A stretch of 64,000 nt of DNA, taken from positions 1,178,001 through 1,242,000 of the forward strand of contig ML978123.1 in NCBI GenBank assembly GCA_010015805.1, read 5' to 3'. Source of the stretch: Rhizodiscina lignyota. Lineage: Eukaryota. How positions within the stretch are numbered: position 1 is the stretch's first letter; every line of letters begins with the position of its first letter. The notes beneath the pieces are model-generated. The model had not been told where the DNA came from and made no database searches. It worked only from the letters and a program-made list of their open reading frames with translations. Positions 52,597 through 64,000 of this stretch are shown in pieces. The position numbers and the translations under genes were made by a program.

Positions 52597-55500
52597 ATGG
52601 CTTCCGAAGAGCGACTTCGAGAACGGTTGGGGCGTAGACTCACAAAGAGAAAGGCAGGCGATAAAAAAGTGTCCATGGATATACCAGAGCATTTCAAAGA
52701 TGGAGACGATGCGGATGAGGATGTGACCGCACCAAAGGGCAAGAATGCTGCCCAATACATGCACCAGAGCATCTTTTCGATGATCACAGCAGCTGGCGGC
52801 GGAGCGCAGGTCAACTATCAATCCCGCTTCGACGACGACCCGAGCGAGAGCGAGGAGGATGGTGATGGCGACAAGCAAGAACATGCGGGGCAACATACGC
52901 GAATTAATGACGGAGCGCACGAAGGCAGCCCGTCACAACTCTCCAGCTCCACTAAGCGGAAGATCAAACTGATGCGCTCCCTTCCTCGACTGACCAAGAT
53001 GCGTCGCCCGAAAGATCAACGAGAACCATCGACGGATCCCATGTCTAGCTCACAGATCCTTCCTCCCAAAAAGCAATGGCAGCAAGAGCTCGACGAGGAA
53101 GACGATGCAGCAAAGGGGAGCAGCGAGGCGCCCATACTGAGCAGAATGTTGACTGCTAGAGCAGAGCTAGAAGAAGCGGATCCAGAATCGCCAGTGCACA
53201 AATCTAAAGGCGAAGTGGACGTTGGAACACATTCCGTCACAGGCACAGTGGGTCTGGCGCAGCGGCTGAAGGAGATATTCGACTTTGATGATCCCGAAGA
53301 GGTCATAACAGAGTATCCCTGCTGGCTGCTGCAGACTGTATTGCTTCAGGGCTATATGTACATTACTCAGAAGCATGTCTGCTTCTACGCCTATCTCCCA
53401 AAGAAAGAGGTGAGTTCTATTGTTTGAACTATATTTCTCAGCTAATTCCTACAAGACCACAGTATCCAAGTCTGGATATCTCGCAAAACGTGGAAGGCCG
53501 AAGCACATGTTCAAGCGGTATTGGTTCCAGCTACGTGGTGATGTGCTCACATACTTTACCGACTCCTCCCAGCCATATTTCCCGAGTGGCCACATAGACC
53601 TTCGATATGGCATATCCGCAAACCTGGATCACGAGAAAGAGAAGGGAAAGGAGCCGACATGCTTCACAGTTGTCACTGATAAGCGAGACTACTATTTCCG
53701 CGCCGACAGTGTGACGAGTGCAAAAGAATGGGTCAGGAATCTGCAAAAGGTCATCTTCCGCTCCCACAACGACGGTGACAGTGTCAAGATTTCCCTTCCA
53801 ATCGACAATATAGTCGACATTGAGAACAACAAGGCCTTGGACTTTGCAGATACGATAAGAATCAAGGTTATCGATAATAACGAGACATACGCAGTGGATG
53901 ATTACCTGTTTTCCTTCTTCAGCTTCGGTCAGGAAGCTTTCAATATTCTCGAGATCCTGGTCAATGACAACGAAATCCATACACGAAATGCACCACACGA
54001 TAGCCCGGCTGCTCGCGCGTCAGGCTCGACCCGGCCTCAACCATCATCAACGGAACGAGGACGTTCGTCAACCACCAATATGGATGCTGTGCACGATAAT
54101 GTACGAGCAACGCTCATGCCTCCGGCATCACCAAAGCATCGACCAATTTCCGCATCTCGCCTGAGTGTGGATTCCAATCGAACGAGCGAAGCAGGCAACC
54201 GCCGAAGCTTTGGCGAGCGGGGAGCTAGCTCCGAGCGGGAGCGTATCAGGCCGTATAGTCCAGGGCGAAGCCCCAGCCCAAGCAGCCATGATGCGCAGCC
54301 ACAAGAAGAGAAGTCGCCTATGTCAAGCAGACCTTTTGAGTCTGAAGAATCGGTGGTACACTCCCTGGCCCATGACACTGAATCTTCAGCTGCCATTCAG
54401 TCAATCGACGAAACGAACGCTTCTGCTAGCCAGATGCTGGAGGCTAGCACGCTGTTCAGAGCGCCCACAATGCATCGTGTAGAGGGCAGTGCCTCCCAAT
54501 CGTCATTGGAGAACAACCGTCGTGGGTCTGAAGATACTGCGAGGTCGTTTGAAGGCGGTAAGGATGCTAAATCAGCAAGGCGATTGCACAGCGACCTGCA
54601 CCGCTCAGCTATAGGATCCCAGAGCGCCATTCCGACTCCGTACGACTCAGTCCACGGGTATCCAAGTGTGCAGAAGAGACCAGTAGCAACGGCCTCGTCG
54701 TATGCGCTGAAAGAGATTATGCGAGCTGGTGCCAGCCCTTTCCAGACCGCATCGGAGGTTGCGGAGTACGTCAGAAAGCGGTCGAAGCATATGAGCAGTC
54801 TCCTTGCGACCGAATCGATGGGTTATTACGAGAAAGTATCAGGGATGTGGGCCGGCAACAGGAAGCATTATGGTGTTGCTGAAGCGTTGGCCCCTGATGA
54901 CGAAGTTCGCGAAGCAGACGATGACGAGACAACTGCCAACCTTATAGAGCGATTCCGGATGCACTTTGGATTGTCCGAGACGGAACAGCTCAAGGCGACG
55001 TATTTCGGTTGGATTCATCGCGTGCTCCCGCTCTATGGAAAGATCTACATCAGCAACAAGCACTTCTGTTTTCGGAGTCTGCTACCAGGCACACGGTTCA
55101 AGGTCGTTCTGCCTCTCAATCAGATTGAGAATGCGAACAAAGAGCGAGGTTATCGCCCCCGTTATTCGGCGCTTGTGATCTCGATACGTGGTTTCGAGGA
55201 GCTTTTTTTCGACTTCAGTCGTCGAGAAGACCGAGACGACTGTGTCGTAAACTTGCTTCAGTGTCTTGAACAGGCCCGGTACATGCAAGATTCTGGCATG
55301 CTAACGCAAGAAGAGATCTCGGAGGCTCAAACTGCGAAGACAGAACATCAGTTGCTACAGGAAGCAAGACAAGATGGACACGCGGAGCACGATATGAAAC
55401 TCCCAGGCAACGTGGCTGTCCATGAAGTCGAGCCTGAAGCTCCCCCGATCTTATTCGACGACCCTCGAGCATCCATCATCAACTTCAAGCCCACTGAGTC

Positions 55501-57092
55501 GTTGCGAATTACGTGCTTGACGATTGGGTCTCGGGGAGATGTTCAGCCATATATTGCTTTGTGCAAAGGCCTTCTGGCAGAAGGCCACAAGCCTCGAATC
55601 GCGACTCATGCCGAGTTCAAGGGCTGGATTGAAAAGCATGGCATCGAGTTTAAGCCCGTGGACGGAGACCCCGCCGAGCTGATGCGTATCTGCGTCGAGA
55701 ACGGCATGTTCACGTACTCTTTTCTCAAAGAGGCTAGCGCAAAGTTCCGAGGGTGGATCGATGCTCTACTCGTCACTGCTTGGCAAGCATGTCAGGGCTC
55801 AGATTTGCTGATCGAGAGCCCCAGCGCGATGGCAGGCATCCACATTGCAGAAGCATTGCAGATTCCTTACTTCAGAGCGTTCTCGATGCCCTGGACACGT
55901 ACCAGAGCCTATCCGCATGCGTTTGCAGTTCCTGAACATAAGCTCGGTGGATACTACAATTACATGTCCTACGTGATGTTCGACCACGTCTTTTGGAAGG
56001 CTATTGCAGGACAGGTCAACCGCTGGCGAAAGAAGGAGCTGGGGCTCGGTTCCACGAACCTCGATATGATGCAACCAAACAAAGTACCCTTCCTCTACAG
56101 CTTCAGTCCCTCGGTTGTCGCGCCGCCGTTAGATTACAGCGATTGGATTCGGGTCACTGGGTACTGGTTTCTGGATGAAGCGGGTGACTGGAAGCCGCCG
56201 AAGGATCTTACCGATTTCATCGCTAAAGCAAGGCGTGACAAGAAGAAGCTTGTCTATATCGGTTTCGGCTCGATTGTTGTAGAAGACCCAGCTGCACTTA
56301 CAAGGGTCGTCGTAAGCTCGGTACTCAAGGCAGATGTGCGCTGTATCCTCTCGAAGGGCTGGTCTGACCGCCTAGGCAAGAAGGACAGCACGAAGCCAGA
56401 GATAGAATTACCACCGGAGATCTTCCAGATCAAGTCCGCTCCACATGATTGGCTGTTCAAGCAGATTGATGCAGCTGCTCACCATGGTGGGGCTGGCACA
56501 ACCGGTGCAAGCCTGAGGGCTGGGATTCCCACCATTATTAAGCCCTTCTTTGGCGACCAGTTTTTCTTTGGATCGCGAGTGGAAGATTTGGGAGTTGGCA
56601 TCTGTCTCAAGAAGGTGAACGTCTCATATTTCGCAAGAGCGCTGTGGGAAGCCACGCATAGCGAGAGAATGCTGAAGAAAGCGGAGCTGCTTGGAGATCA
56701 GATAAGAAAGGTTCGTCGCTCTTCTTACCTCGTATCTCTGCTACTTATTGACAAATGTGTTGCAGGAAGATGGTGTGGGCAATGCAATCCAGTCCATTTA
56801 CAGGGATATGGAATACGCAAAGACTCTTGTCAAGCGCCGCAAACAATCATACGACGGTATCGCAGACGACTCAGAGGAGACTTGGACATTCATCGGCGAT
56901 GAGAGCGACCCGGAATTGAAGCGGTCTATCGCAGAATGGGAGCCACCAGCGCAAAGAAAGCCGCACGTGGATGATGTTTATGGAGTGCATCAGCAGGCGC
57001 AAGGCGTTCGGAAGAGGGATACCGGCGTTACTGAGAGTAGCGGAGTCATCAGCGGGACGGAAAGCTCTGGGAAGACTGAGGCCTCGGGATAG
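52597..57092 (+). CDS. ATG26: sterol 3-beta-glucosyltransferase (GRAM-PH-GRAM-GT1)
   Basis: [20 protein letters not shown] domain; [37 protein letters not shown]; introns ~53410-53455 and ~56711-56765. Confidence 0.96.
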
Positions 57093-58178
57093 AATGACAT
57101 TTGGTGATGAAAGTAATGACATTAATGATAATCGTAACGTTGTTGGTGATGGTGAGGGATGAGTTAGAGGCTCTTGGGACTCATTTGTATACCCAAACGT
57201 TTGGCAATGTACCGTTCTAGATTGGCCTTTGACATGTTGCTCTAATATCTTCACGGCTGGGCAGCTGAGTTGATATGTCACTCGTGCATTATTCGCCGTC
57301 GCGATGAAGGCGGGAGTCTTGTCTCGTCGCGCGGAGTCACCTGCCTGGGTGAGCAATCTCTATTACTACTCTACATCCTGTTTTTTTACCTTTCGATTGA
57401 TTTTGGACCCTCAATTGCATCGCCAATGCCTTGACGCTCTGTTGATAAAGAACGCTTCGAATCCACTTCCACCTGGCTTGCAAGCTACACTTTCCTAATC
57501 CGGACAGCTTGCCCTCAGTCATTAGAGCTTCTAATATCATCTTCATATCTAACTTGACCTCGGATATCGCCTCGCCGATGATAGAAAATACATTGTGCCA
57601 AACAGGATATGGAAGAGCGATACTTTTGGACCAGCTCAAGCCTCACCGCCGCCACCTCTTCCGGCGCCGCCAAGAATGGCGGCTCCGCGCACTCTTCTCT
57701 TTGGCGAGGCTACCTGCAGAATGCAGTGTACGCGACTTTCACGCGCACTCTTCAACGCGTGATCGACACGCGCCTATCTGTCATTGATGCCTAGATTCAC
57801 TCGCTCTCCTCTCTTTGATCTACGACGAGTACATGGGTTTGCCTTTTGCTTCACCGCAACTTCCTTTATCTGTTTGCGTCGCTACCACTTCCATCAGCTG
57901 AATGTACTAGCACTATTGTCATTCACAGTCAAACCACATGGTATTGCTCTTCACAGTTGCTAGCACATGTGGCTGATTCACTTGCAAAGCCTCACAAATC
58001 TTTGATCACATGTTAGAACATATTTGGGAGTGAATGTCGAACCTTCTTCGGGTGAACACCGGTAGTTCCAGGCTGCGACTCTTTATGTAAGTATATATTC
58101 TTCTGTTTTTCAAGCTTTCTTCATTGTTTCTGATTGCTGGTTCTTTCTGGGCAGTAAAGAAAAGAAGCCGAGACTCGG

Positions 58179-61100
58179 ATGACGGAAGGCATGGCGAAGC
58201 ATCTCCACCATCAGCCAACATACAACAAGCGAACCGCTTCCGAAGTCGCAGCCGAGGAAGATCAATTATCTGATCATCAACTCGACAGACCATCGAAGCG
58301 ACAAGTCGTTGACTTCGTAGAAGCGCCACCATCTTCATTTCCCAGGTCGCAGTTCTCCGGTCACTCGTATCACCTGCCAGCGAAATCGGAACCAGATGCT
58401 CTGCGATTGCTGAAGAGTGAATGGGAGCGCCGACGCCAGCCCAAGACTGCCGCTGCGGAGGATGAAGAGTCGCAATGGATTATGTTTGAATTGTCCGACT
58501 TCACCATCTACCGGCCTAAGATAATAAGCGATAATAAAGGATTCGACCATAGCTTCGAAATGGAGTCACTAAACTTTCTCAAATCGAAAGTCCAGATCGA
58601 TGACCTCCTGTTCGATGGAGTTCTATCTTATGGTAGTACCGTCGCCTATGTTGAATGCATTCCCTTCTCCATTCTCGCTGTCGAAGGGTATGGAGATCTG
58701 GATCTTGCGTCCGTCGCAGGAAATATCACCATACAGTCTGATCTCGCAAAGACAACTGATAATCGGATCTGGTATCGATTATGCAAACCTTCTGGCTGGT
58801 ATAAGAGATACCATGATCCCTTCCTTTGGATTGCGGATCTGACAAAGCACTGTATGGACTTCATCTGCAACAATGAAAAACCAGCACTACATCACTTTGG
58901 CTCTCAGTTCCAGCAATGGCTGCGAAGAACACATAAGAACAATCCTGTGTTCTTAACCTGGCTCTCAAAGGCACCATCGCTAGACTTCCGCGGCGCGATC
59001 GTGGCGAACTTTGAATACCTCTGGAAAGAGTATCACAGTCTCGCCGGGCAGTCCATGGAGTATCCCAGAGTTTCGCAGCTGCCTCTCTGGAGTGAAATAA
59101 TGCCAGAGCGGCTAGGCGCAATCAGGAGACAGCCACTAGTCCAGAAGGAAACCGTGGTGACACCTTACGTCTACGAATGCTTCAAAGAAACGTTCTTCGG
59201 CAAGGTTCTCAAGCCACAGAAGCCTAGTCCGGTCGTCGAATCCGAACGTAGTCAACACATCAAATCCTTGAAGTTCTCCCCTTCGCCGACTGCCTCATCC
59301 ACCCAGGACTACCTTAACAACTTTTCTCGTTCAACGACGAACCTCACTATCAAGATTGGAGACGTCGTCGGTGTCCCGCGGGATCTCAAAACGCGGTGGA
59401 AAGACTGCGCGACTCTGTGGTTTGCTTATGTCCAAGAAGTCCAGAAGACGAACAACGGGGATAACCTTCTTAAGGTGATATGGCTCTACAGACCCTCGGA
59501 CACAACGCTCTCGAACATGTACTACCCAATAAAGAACGAACTCTTCATTTCCGACAACTGCAATTGCGACGACGGCGCATTTCGTGAATCGGATGTTGTT
59601 TGCAAGCTTCCAGTGGAGTGGTGCCCAACTGATCTAGCTCGGACCAAAGGTGTCATTATCAGACAAAAGTACCTCGCAGGAAGTCACTCCTTCGTCTCAC
59701 TGAAGATGTCTGATCGCACCTGCCACTGCAAGACACATCAAAAAGAAACCCCGTTCCTGACTGTTCAACGAGATTACGAAATTGGCGACTCCGTTTATGT
59801 TCGGCTGGGAGGTTTATCTGCGGAAGTTTCCTTGGAAGATATTCTGGAGCCTGCTGTAATTGTGGGCTTTGACGATGACACTCGAAAAGTCGTGGTGCGT
59901 AGACTTCTACGAAAGAACCGCGACCTCGGCGACTCTGCTGCCGCAGCGAACGAACTGGTCTGGACCGATACCAAGGAATCAGTGTCTGCCAGACGTGTCG
60001 TAGGCAAGTGTTACATTAGGTTCTTTACACAAAAGGTCGTTGACTCCGGGGAGCTTCCGTTGCCTTACAACCGAGGCGGCACTGGGCATTTTTGGTACAT
60101 TACAAGTCGTCTCCGGAATGATGACAAGACAGAACCTTTTGGCCGCACTTTCCCCAAAGGTCTGAATCAAGCGCTCGACATAGCATCGCGTCCGAAACGT
60201 CTGCTGCACGGATTGGATCTATTTTGCGGTGGTGGCAACTTTGGGAGAGGACTGGAGGAGGGTGGAGCGGTGGAGGTGAAATGGGCCGTGGAGATTGCTG
60301 GAATTCCCCTTCATACATATAAGGCCAACCTGAAGGATCCCGATACTACAGAACTTTTCTGGGGTTCTGTAGACGATTATCTCCATTCCGCTCTCATGGG
60401 AGTAAGCTCTAAGGTCATCGCAAGAGTTGGAGAGGTACAATTCACCGCCGCCGGTAGCCCGTGCCGGGCGTTTTCTATCGCACAAAACAACAAACTATCG
60501 CCAAAGTCTGTCAAAAACGCATCACTGGTCGCGTCAGTCGCCGCATTCATAGACTTGTACCGCCCGGAGTATGCCATTCTGGAGAATGTGAAAGGCATGG
60601 CACATGCTTGTAAGGCTTTTCCAGGCCAGAACATCTTCTCACAGCTACTTTGCTGCCTTGTGGGAATGGGCTATCAGGTGAATCAATTTAACATCGACGC
60701 GTACTCATGCGGAGCTCCCCAGGCTCGCTCTCGACTCTTCATCGTGCTGGCTGCTCCAGGCCTACCGCCAATCGAACATCCGCAACTATCTCACGCACAC
60801 CCTCCCGAAACGAACAATTTGTCGCTTGGCAAGGCAGCGAACGGTGAGACCTTTGGGGATCGCAAGTTCGGCCCAACACCACTCCCATTCGTATCTGCTG
60901 CGGAAGCTACAAAAGATCTCCCCAACATTTACGACGACAGAGTGGGTTCTTGCATTGGATGCCCGGATCACCGCTCTCCGATAGGCAGCACCAATCTCAG
61001 CCGAGCACGGATCAAGCTGATTCCGACCTTTCCGAGAAAGTCGTCGTTCCGTAAAGCTATTGATATGGGAGTGATGGGCCAACTGCAGATTGACGACATG

Positions 61101-61790
61101 AAAAGCTGGAAATCAAAGGTGCGGACTTCTGAAAATGGCAAGATGTGGACTCGAATCCATCCTGATAGACTGATACCTACCATCACCCGGAAATTATGCG
61201 CTGCCGATGGACACACTGGAGAAGCTCTGCACTGGCGAGAGCATCGGACCTTGACTGTCATGGACGCCCGCCGCGCGCAAGGCTATCCTGATCACGAGGT
61301 CCTTATTGGGAGGCCGAGCGATCAGTGGGCGACAGTGGGCGATGCTGTGTCAAGGCACGTAGCTTTGGCTCTTGGCCTGTCTCTACGCGAGGCATGGCTT
61401 GGGAAGTTCGACGGCCATGACTCCGCGAGAGGCGTCGGCAGCAATAGCACGTCAGTCCCAGGGGCGCAGTCGAAAGAAGGTCGCTTGCAAAACGGCGGCA
61501 CGATGGAGAGATCCCTTGATCGCCAGGGTGATGGTTCGCAGGCCAAGTTCGCAGACCTCGTTCGAAGCAGGCTACCCGAGGAGGAAAATTCTTCGCTGGG
61601 CAGGTCTAGTCTGGTGCCGGTGGTGACGATACCGCGGCGCGCAGTCCATACCGCCGCCAAGAAAGAGGAGAGGACGTCAACACTTGAGATCTCGGGGTCC
61701 AGGGAGCATACGAGCACAGCTGCAGGGTCAAGGACGCAGAGGACACACGGTTGGGGTAATCTCCATATTGCGCACACGCAGGGGATCTGA
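58179..61790 (+). CDS. dim-2: C5 DNA methyltransferase DIM-2 (two BAH domains plus MTase domain)
   Basis: BAH-like WFAYVQ..VIWLYRPSDT..ELFISDNCNC; motif I DLFCGGGNFGRG, motif IV GSPC, motif VI ENV, motif VIII PQARSRLF, LTVMDARRAQGYPD. Confidence 0.92.
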   Translation: MTEGMAKHLHHQPTYNKRTASEVAAEEDQLSDHQLDRPSKRQVVDFVEAPPSSFPRSQFSGHSYHLPAKSEPDALRLLKSEWERRRQPKTAAAEDEESQWIMFELSDFTIYRPKIISDNKGFDHSFEMESLNFLKSKVQIDDLLFDGVLSYGSTVAYVECIPFSILAVEGYGDLDLASVAGNITIQSDLAKTTDNRIWYRLCKPSGWYKRYHDPFLWIADLTKHCMDFICNNEKPALHHFGSQFQQWLRRTHKNNPVFLTWLSKAPSLDFRGAIVANFEYLWKEYHSLAGQSMEYPRVSQLPLWSEIMPERLGAIRRQPLVQKETVVTPYVYECFKETFFGKVLKPQKPSPVVESERSQHIKSLKFSPSPTASSTQDYLNNFSRSTTNLTIKIGDVVGVPRDLKTRWKDCATLWFAYVQEVQKTNNGDNLLKVIWLYRPSDTTLSNMYYPIKNELFISDNCNCDDGAFRESDVVCKLPVEWCPTDLARTKGVIIRQKYLAGSHSFVSLKMSDRTCHCKTHQKETPFLTVQRDYEIGDSVYVRLGGLSAEVSLEDILEPAVIVGFDDDTRKVVVRRLLRKNRDLGDSAAAANELVWTDTKESVSARRVVGKCYIRFFTQKVVDSGELPLPYNRGGTGHFWYITSRLRNDDKTEPFGRTFPKGLNQALDIASRPKRLLHGLDLFCGGGNFGRGLEEGGAVEVKWAVEIAGIPLHTYKANLKDPDTTELFWGSVDDYLHSALMGVSSKVIARVGEVQFTAAGSPCRAFSIAQNNKLSPKSVKNASLVASVAAFIDLYRPEYAILENVKGMAHACKAFPGQNIFSQLLCCLVGMGYQVNQFNIDAYSCGAPQARSRLFIVLAAPGLPPIEHPQLSHAHPPETNNLSLGKAANGETFGDRKFGPTPLPFVSAAEATKDLPNIYDDRVGSCIGCPDHRSPIGSTNLSRARIKLIPTFPRKSSFRKAIDMGVMGQLQIDDMKSWKSKVRTSENGKMWTRIHPDRLIPTITRKLCAADGHTGEALHWREHRTLTVMDARRAQGYPDHEVLIGRPSDQWATVGDAVSRHVALALGLSLREAWLGKFDGHDSARGVGSNSTSVPGAQSKEGRLQNGGTMERSLDRQGDGSQAKFADLVRSRLPEEENSSLGRSSLVPVVTIPRRAVHTAAKKEERTSTLEISGSREHTSTAAGSRTQRTHGWGNLHIAHTQGI

Positions 61791-62165
61791 CTGATGCATG
61801 CCCGTTGTGGCTTGGTTGCTCTCTGCGCGAAATAGCGTTCCCGTCTCTTATAGACAAGGGGTTGGCTTTATAGATGAGTAGCGGCGGGGGGAAGCTCTAT
61901 CCGAGCAGTTGTCAGAAGCGAAGAAGCTAATTTGGTCGGTTATTCCGTATCAGACAGGAGAGAGAGGGTCATAGGACACTTATTCGGAGATAGAGATATA
62001 CAAAAGTTGTGTTGTCTAATCAAGCTTCGTCTAGATCTTGTGTTCCGATCAAGCTTCCTCTTCCTCTTTCTTGTCCTATATTAATGGGCTCTTGGCACCT
62101 CCGGGGGGTGAAGATCGAGTCGGCCTTCTCCTCCCTCTGCTGTTGCTCCTTGCATTTGCAATGCA

Positions 62166-63832
62166 TTACCAATCGTGCTCCAAGACCTCGCCAGCAACGC
62201 TCTCCTTCAAGCCCGTGTTATCCGGCTCCACGAACGCTCGGACAACCTTACCATCTCTTACGCACAGGGCATATCGCTTGCCTCTCGGCCCGCCGAAGAT
62301 CTTGCTCCCGTCGAAGGACAGTTCTAGCGCGTCGGTAAAGCCCAGCGACGGGTCAGCGAGGAAGCGGATCCCAGACTGACCACGGGGATCGAGTTGCGCC
62401 GCCCAGGCTTTCATTCTGTGTTGGGAAGGCGGTCAGTATGTGTTTGCGACATGCGATAGCACTTTTTTTGCTGGAGTTCGGTAAGGGTTTCTCTGCTTCT
62501 CTGTTTTCCAGGGAACCGGTTCGGGAGATTTCCCGAACATGGCAGACATGGGGTCAACATGGCGGGCTGGGGGTGCGGAGAGGGCCCTGAGGGCCAAGAA
62601 AGCAGGGTCATGGGAATATAGAAAGACGAAGTTTTGGAAGGATTTGGGGAAGTTGGTTTGCGGAGGCATGGAGGAGGGTGCATGGGTGGAAACAGGCCAT
62701 AGCGAAGCGAAGGGAGGAGGATAGGGAGGGAATAGTGCCTTGGCAGGACGGTAATTGAGATGGTTGTGGTGATATTAGTGCTAGGAGGATGGAGAGGGCT
62801 TGGCAAGACGGGGCTGGAAGTGGTAATTCTGATGGATGCTCCCGATGCGGACATATTAGCTACAGTGGAATGACCTGGACGGACATGGGAGGACGGTGGT
62901 GGAGGTTGGAGCGAGGCTTGGCGCGACGGGGTCGCAAAGGTTAGTCCCGGGTTGGAAAGAATTAGTGGGGACGGTGATGCAAGTAAGTCAGTAATTGAGA
63001 TGGATGCGGAGAGATTAGCGGCCGTAGCTGGCGCGCCAAGAAATAGGGGATGGTGTGATAATTGGCGGGCGCGTGTCCGCGAGGTGCGAGAGCGAGTGGA
63101 GTTGAGCGGAGAGATTGAGTGCAGCAGCACGTGGACATTCAAGGTACCAAAGTGTGTTATGACAGGGGCGTCGTATACAGCCGTCCAGAAGGCTTGGAAG
63201 AACAGGGACAGACAGAAATAGAGCGCCTCGGTGGGCGTCGTGATCACGGGTCTGACAGATTGGGAAAGGGGCCATGGAATGGTTTGAGAGAAGGAATGAG
63301 GTGCGACATGAGATGGGCCATGGAGGCACGGTACGCAGCAGAGAGAACGGAAGTTCGGAATCTGAATGGCAGGGGCATCGTATACGAGGCAGAGAGAAAC
63401 TTACACGAAAGGGTCGTTGACTGCAACGACAAACACGTCGCCTGCATCTCTGAGCTTGGACGCCTTGAGGTAGGAGGGTATGTGACTTTCAGAGCATGAA
63501 GGGCCTGCAGGAAAAAGTATCTCAGTAAATGGTCTAGATTAGGACTCGGAATAGACAACTGCCGTCACAGCCAGCCACAGCAGGCAATTGTCTCCAAGAG
63601 CAGGTCAATTGGACTTACTGAATGCTGCAGGAACGCCGATGATGAGGCCTTTGCCCTTCAGGATCTTCGACAGATTGGCCTTGTTGCCCGGCGAGCCCTC
63701 CATCAGCTCGACATCTGGAATTGCGTCGCCCACCTTGACAAAGGCGCGGGCAGAGGAGTGGAAGAGAGAGGCGCATTGCGCGCGAGGGACGAGGCGCTGG
63801 CCGGTGGCGATTGCGCGCCTGAATGCAAACAT
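62166..63832 (-). CDS. Prx5/Ahp1-type peroxiredoxin with mitochondrial presequence
   Basis: MFAFRRAIATGQRL.. presequence; GVPAAFS|PSCSESHIP (peroxidatic Cys); VNDPFV|MKAW; RFLADP. Exons 63832-63619, 63504-63405 and 62415-62166. Confidence 0.92.
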
Positions 63833-64000
63833 GGCTGCTGGAATATGTGCGGTCACCAGTGCAGAGCAGTGTGAGCAGGTCGCGGTTGAATTAGGCTCAC
63901 GCTGCGTTGGGTGCTGGAGGCGTTGTGGAGGCGTGCTGCCAGATGCTCCAATCGATGCGGAGAGGGCTCGAGCGGCGCCGAGAAATAGGGCTCGTCTATG

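Noticed and set aside
62411..63247. 278-aa ORF inside the peroxiredoxin intron
   Set aside because: Non-ATG start and P/S/L-rich low complexity explained by the pyrimidine-rich intron.

Overview
Gene-dense euchromatic window from a filamentous ascomycete (Pezizomycotina, probably Dothideomycete-like, judged from gene style and short GT-AG introns with RCTRAY branch sites). About 22 intron-containing protein-coding genes are supported: eIF2-alpha, the TRP channel Yvc1, an APC amino-acid permease, an alpha/beta hydrolase, the Zn2Cys6 factor AtrR, a C2H2 protein, Pam18, Cdc25, Sld5, a dienelactone hydrolase, Rfa1, a Fus1-like TM-SH3 protein, Qns1 (21 introns), an F-box-like protein, an EI24 protein, Pep4, Atg26, the DNA methyltransferase DIM-2, a Prx5-type peroxiredoxin and several hypothetical proteins. 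There is also a GST pseudogene. No transposon, tRNA or rRNA was recognised. The most striking unexplained feature is a ~1.3 kb non-coding stretch downstream of PAM18 (about 21928-23228). By eye it folds into a large nested multi-branch RNA structure with about 20 helices, G-U pairs on the + strand, UUCG/UCCG/GAAA tetraloops and a duplicated hairpin, and it lacks the signature motifs of the large fungal ncRNAs I checked. A second oddity is a 989-nt peroxiredoxin intron carrying a repeated motif and a cluster of extra branch-point consensus sites. All structures and exon boundaries were read manually and are not computed.
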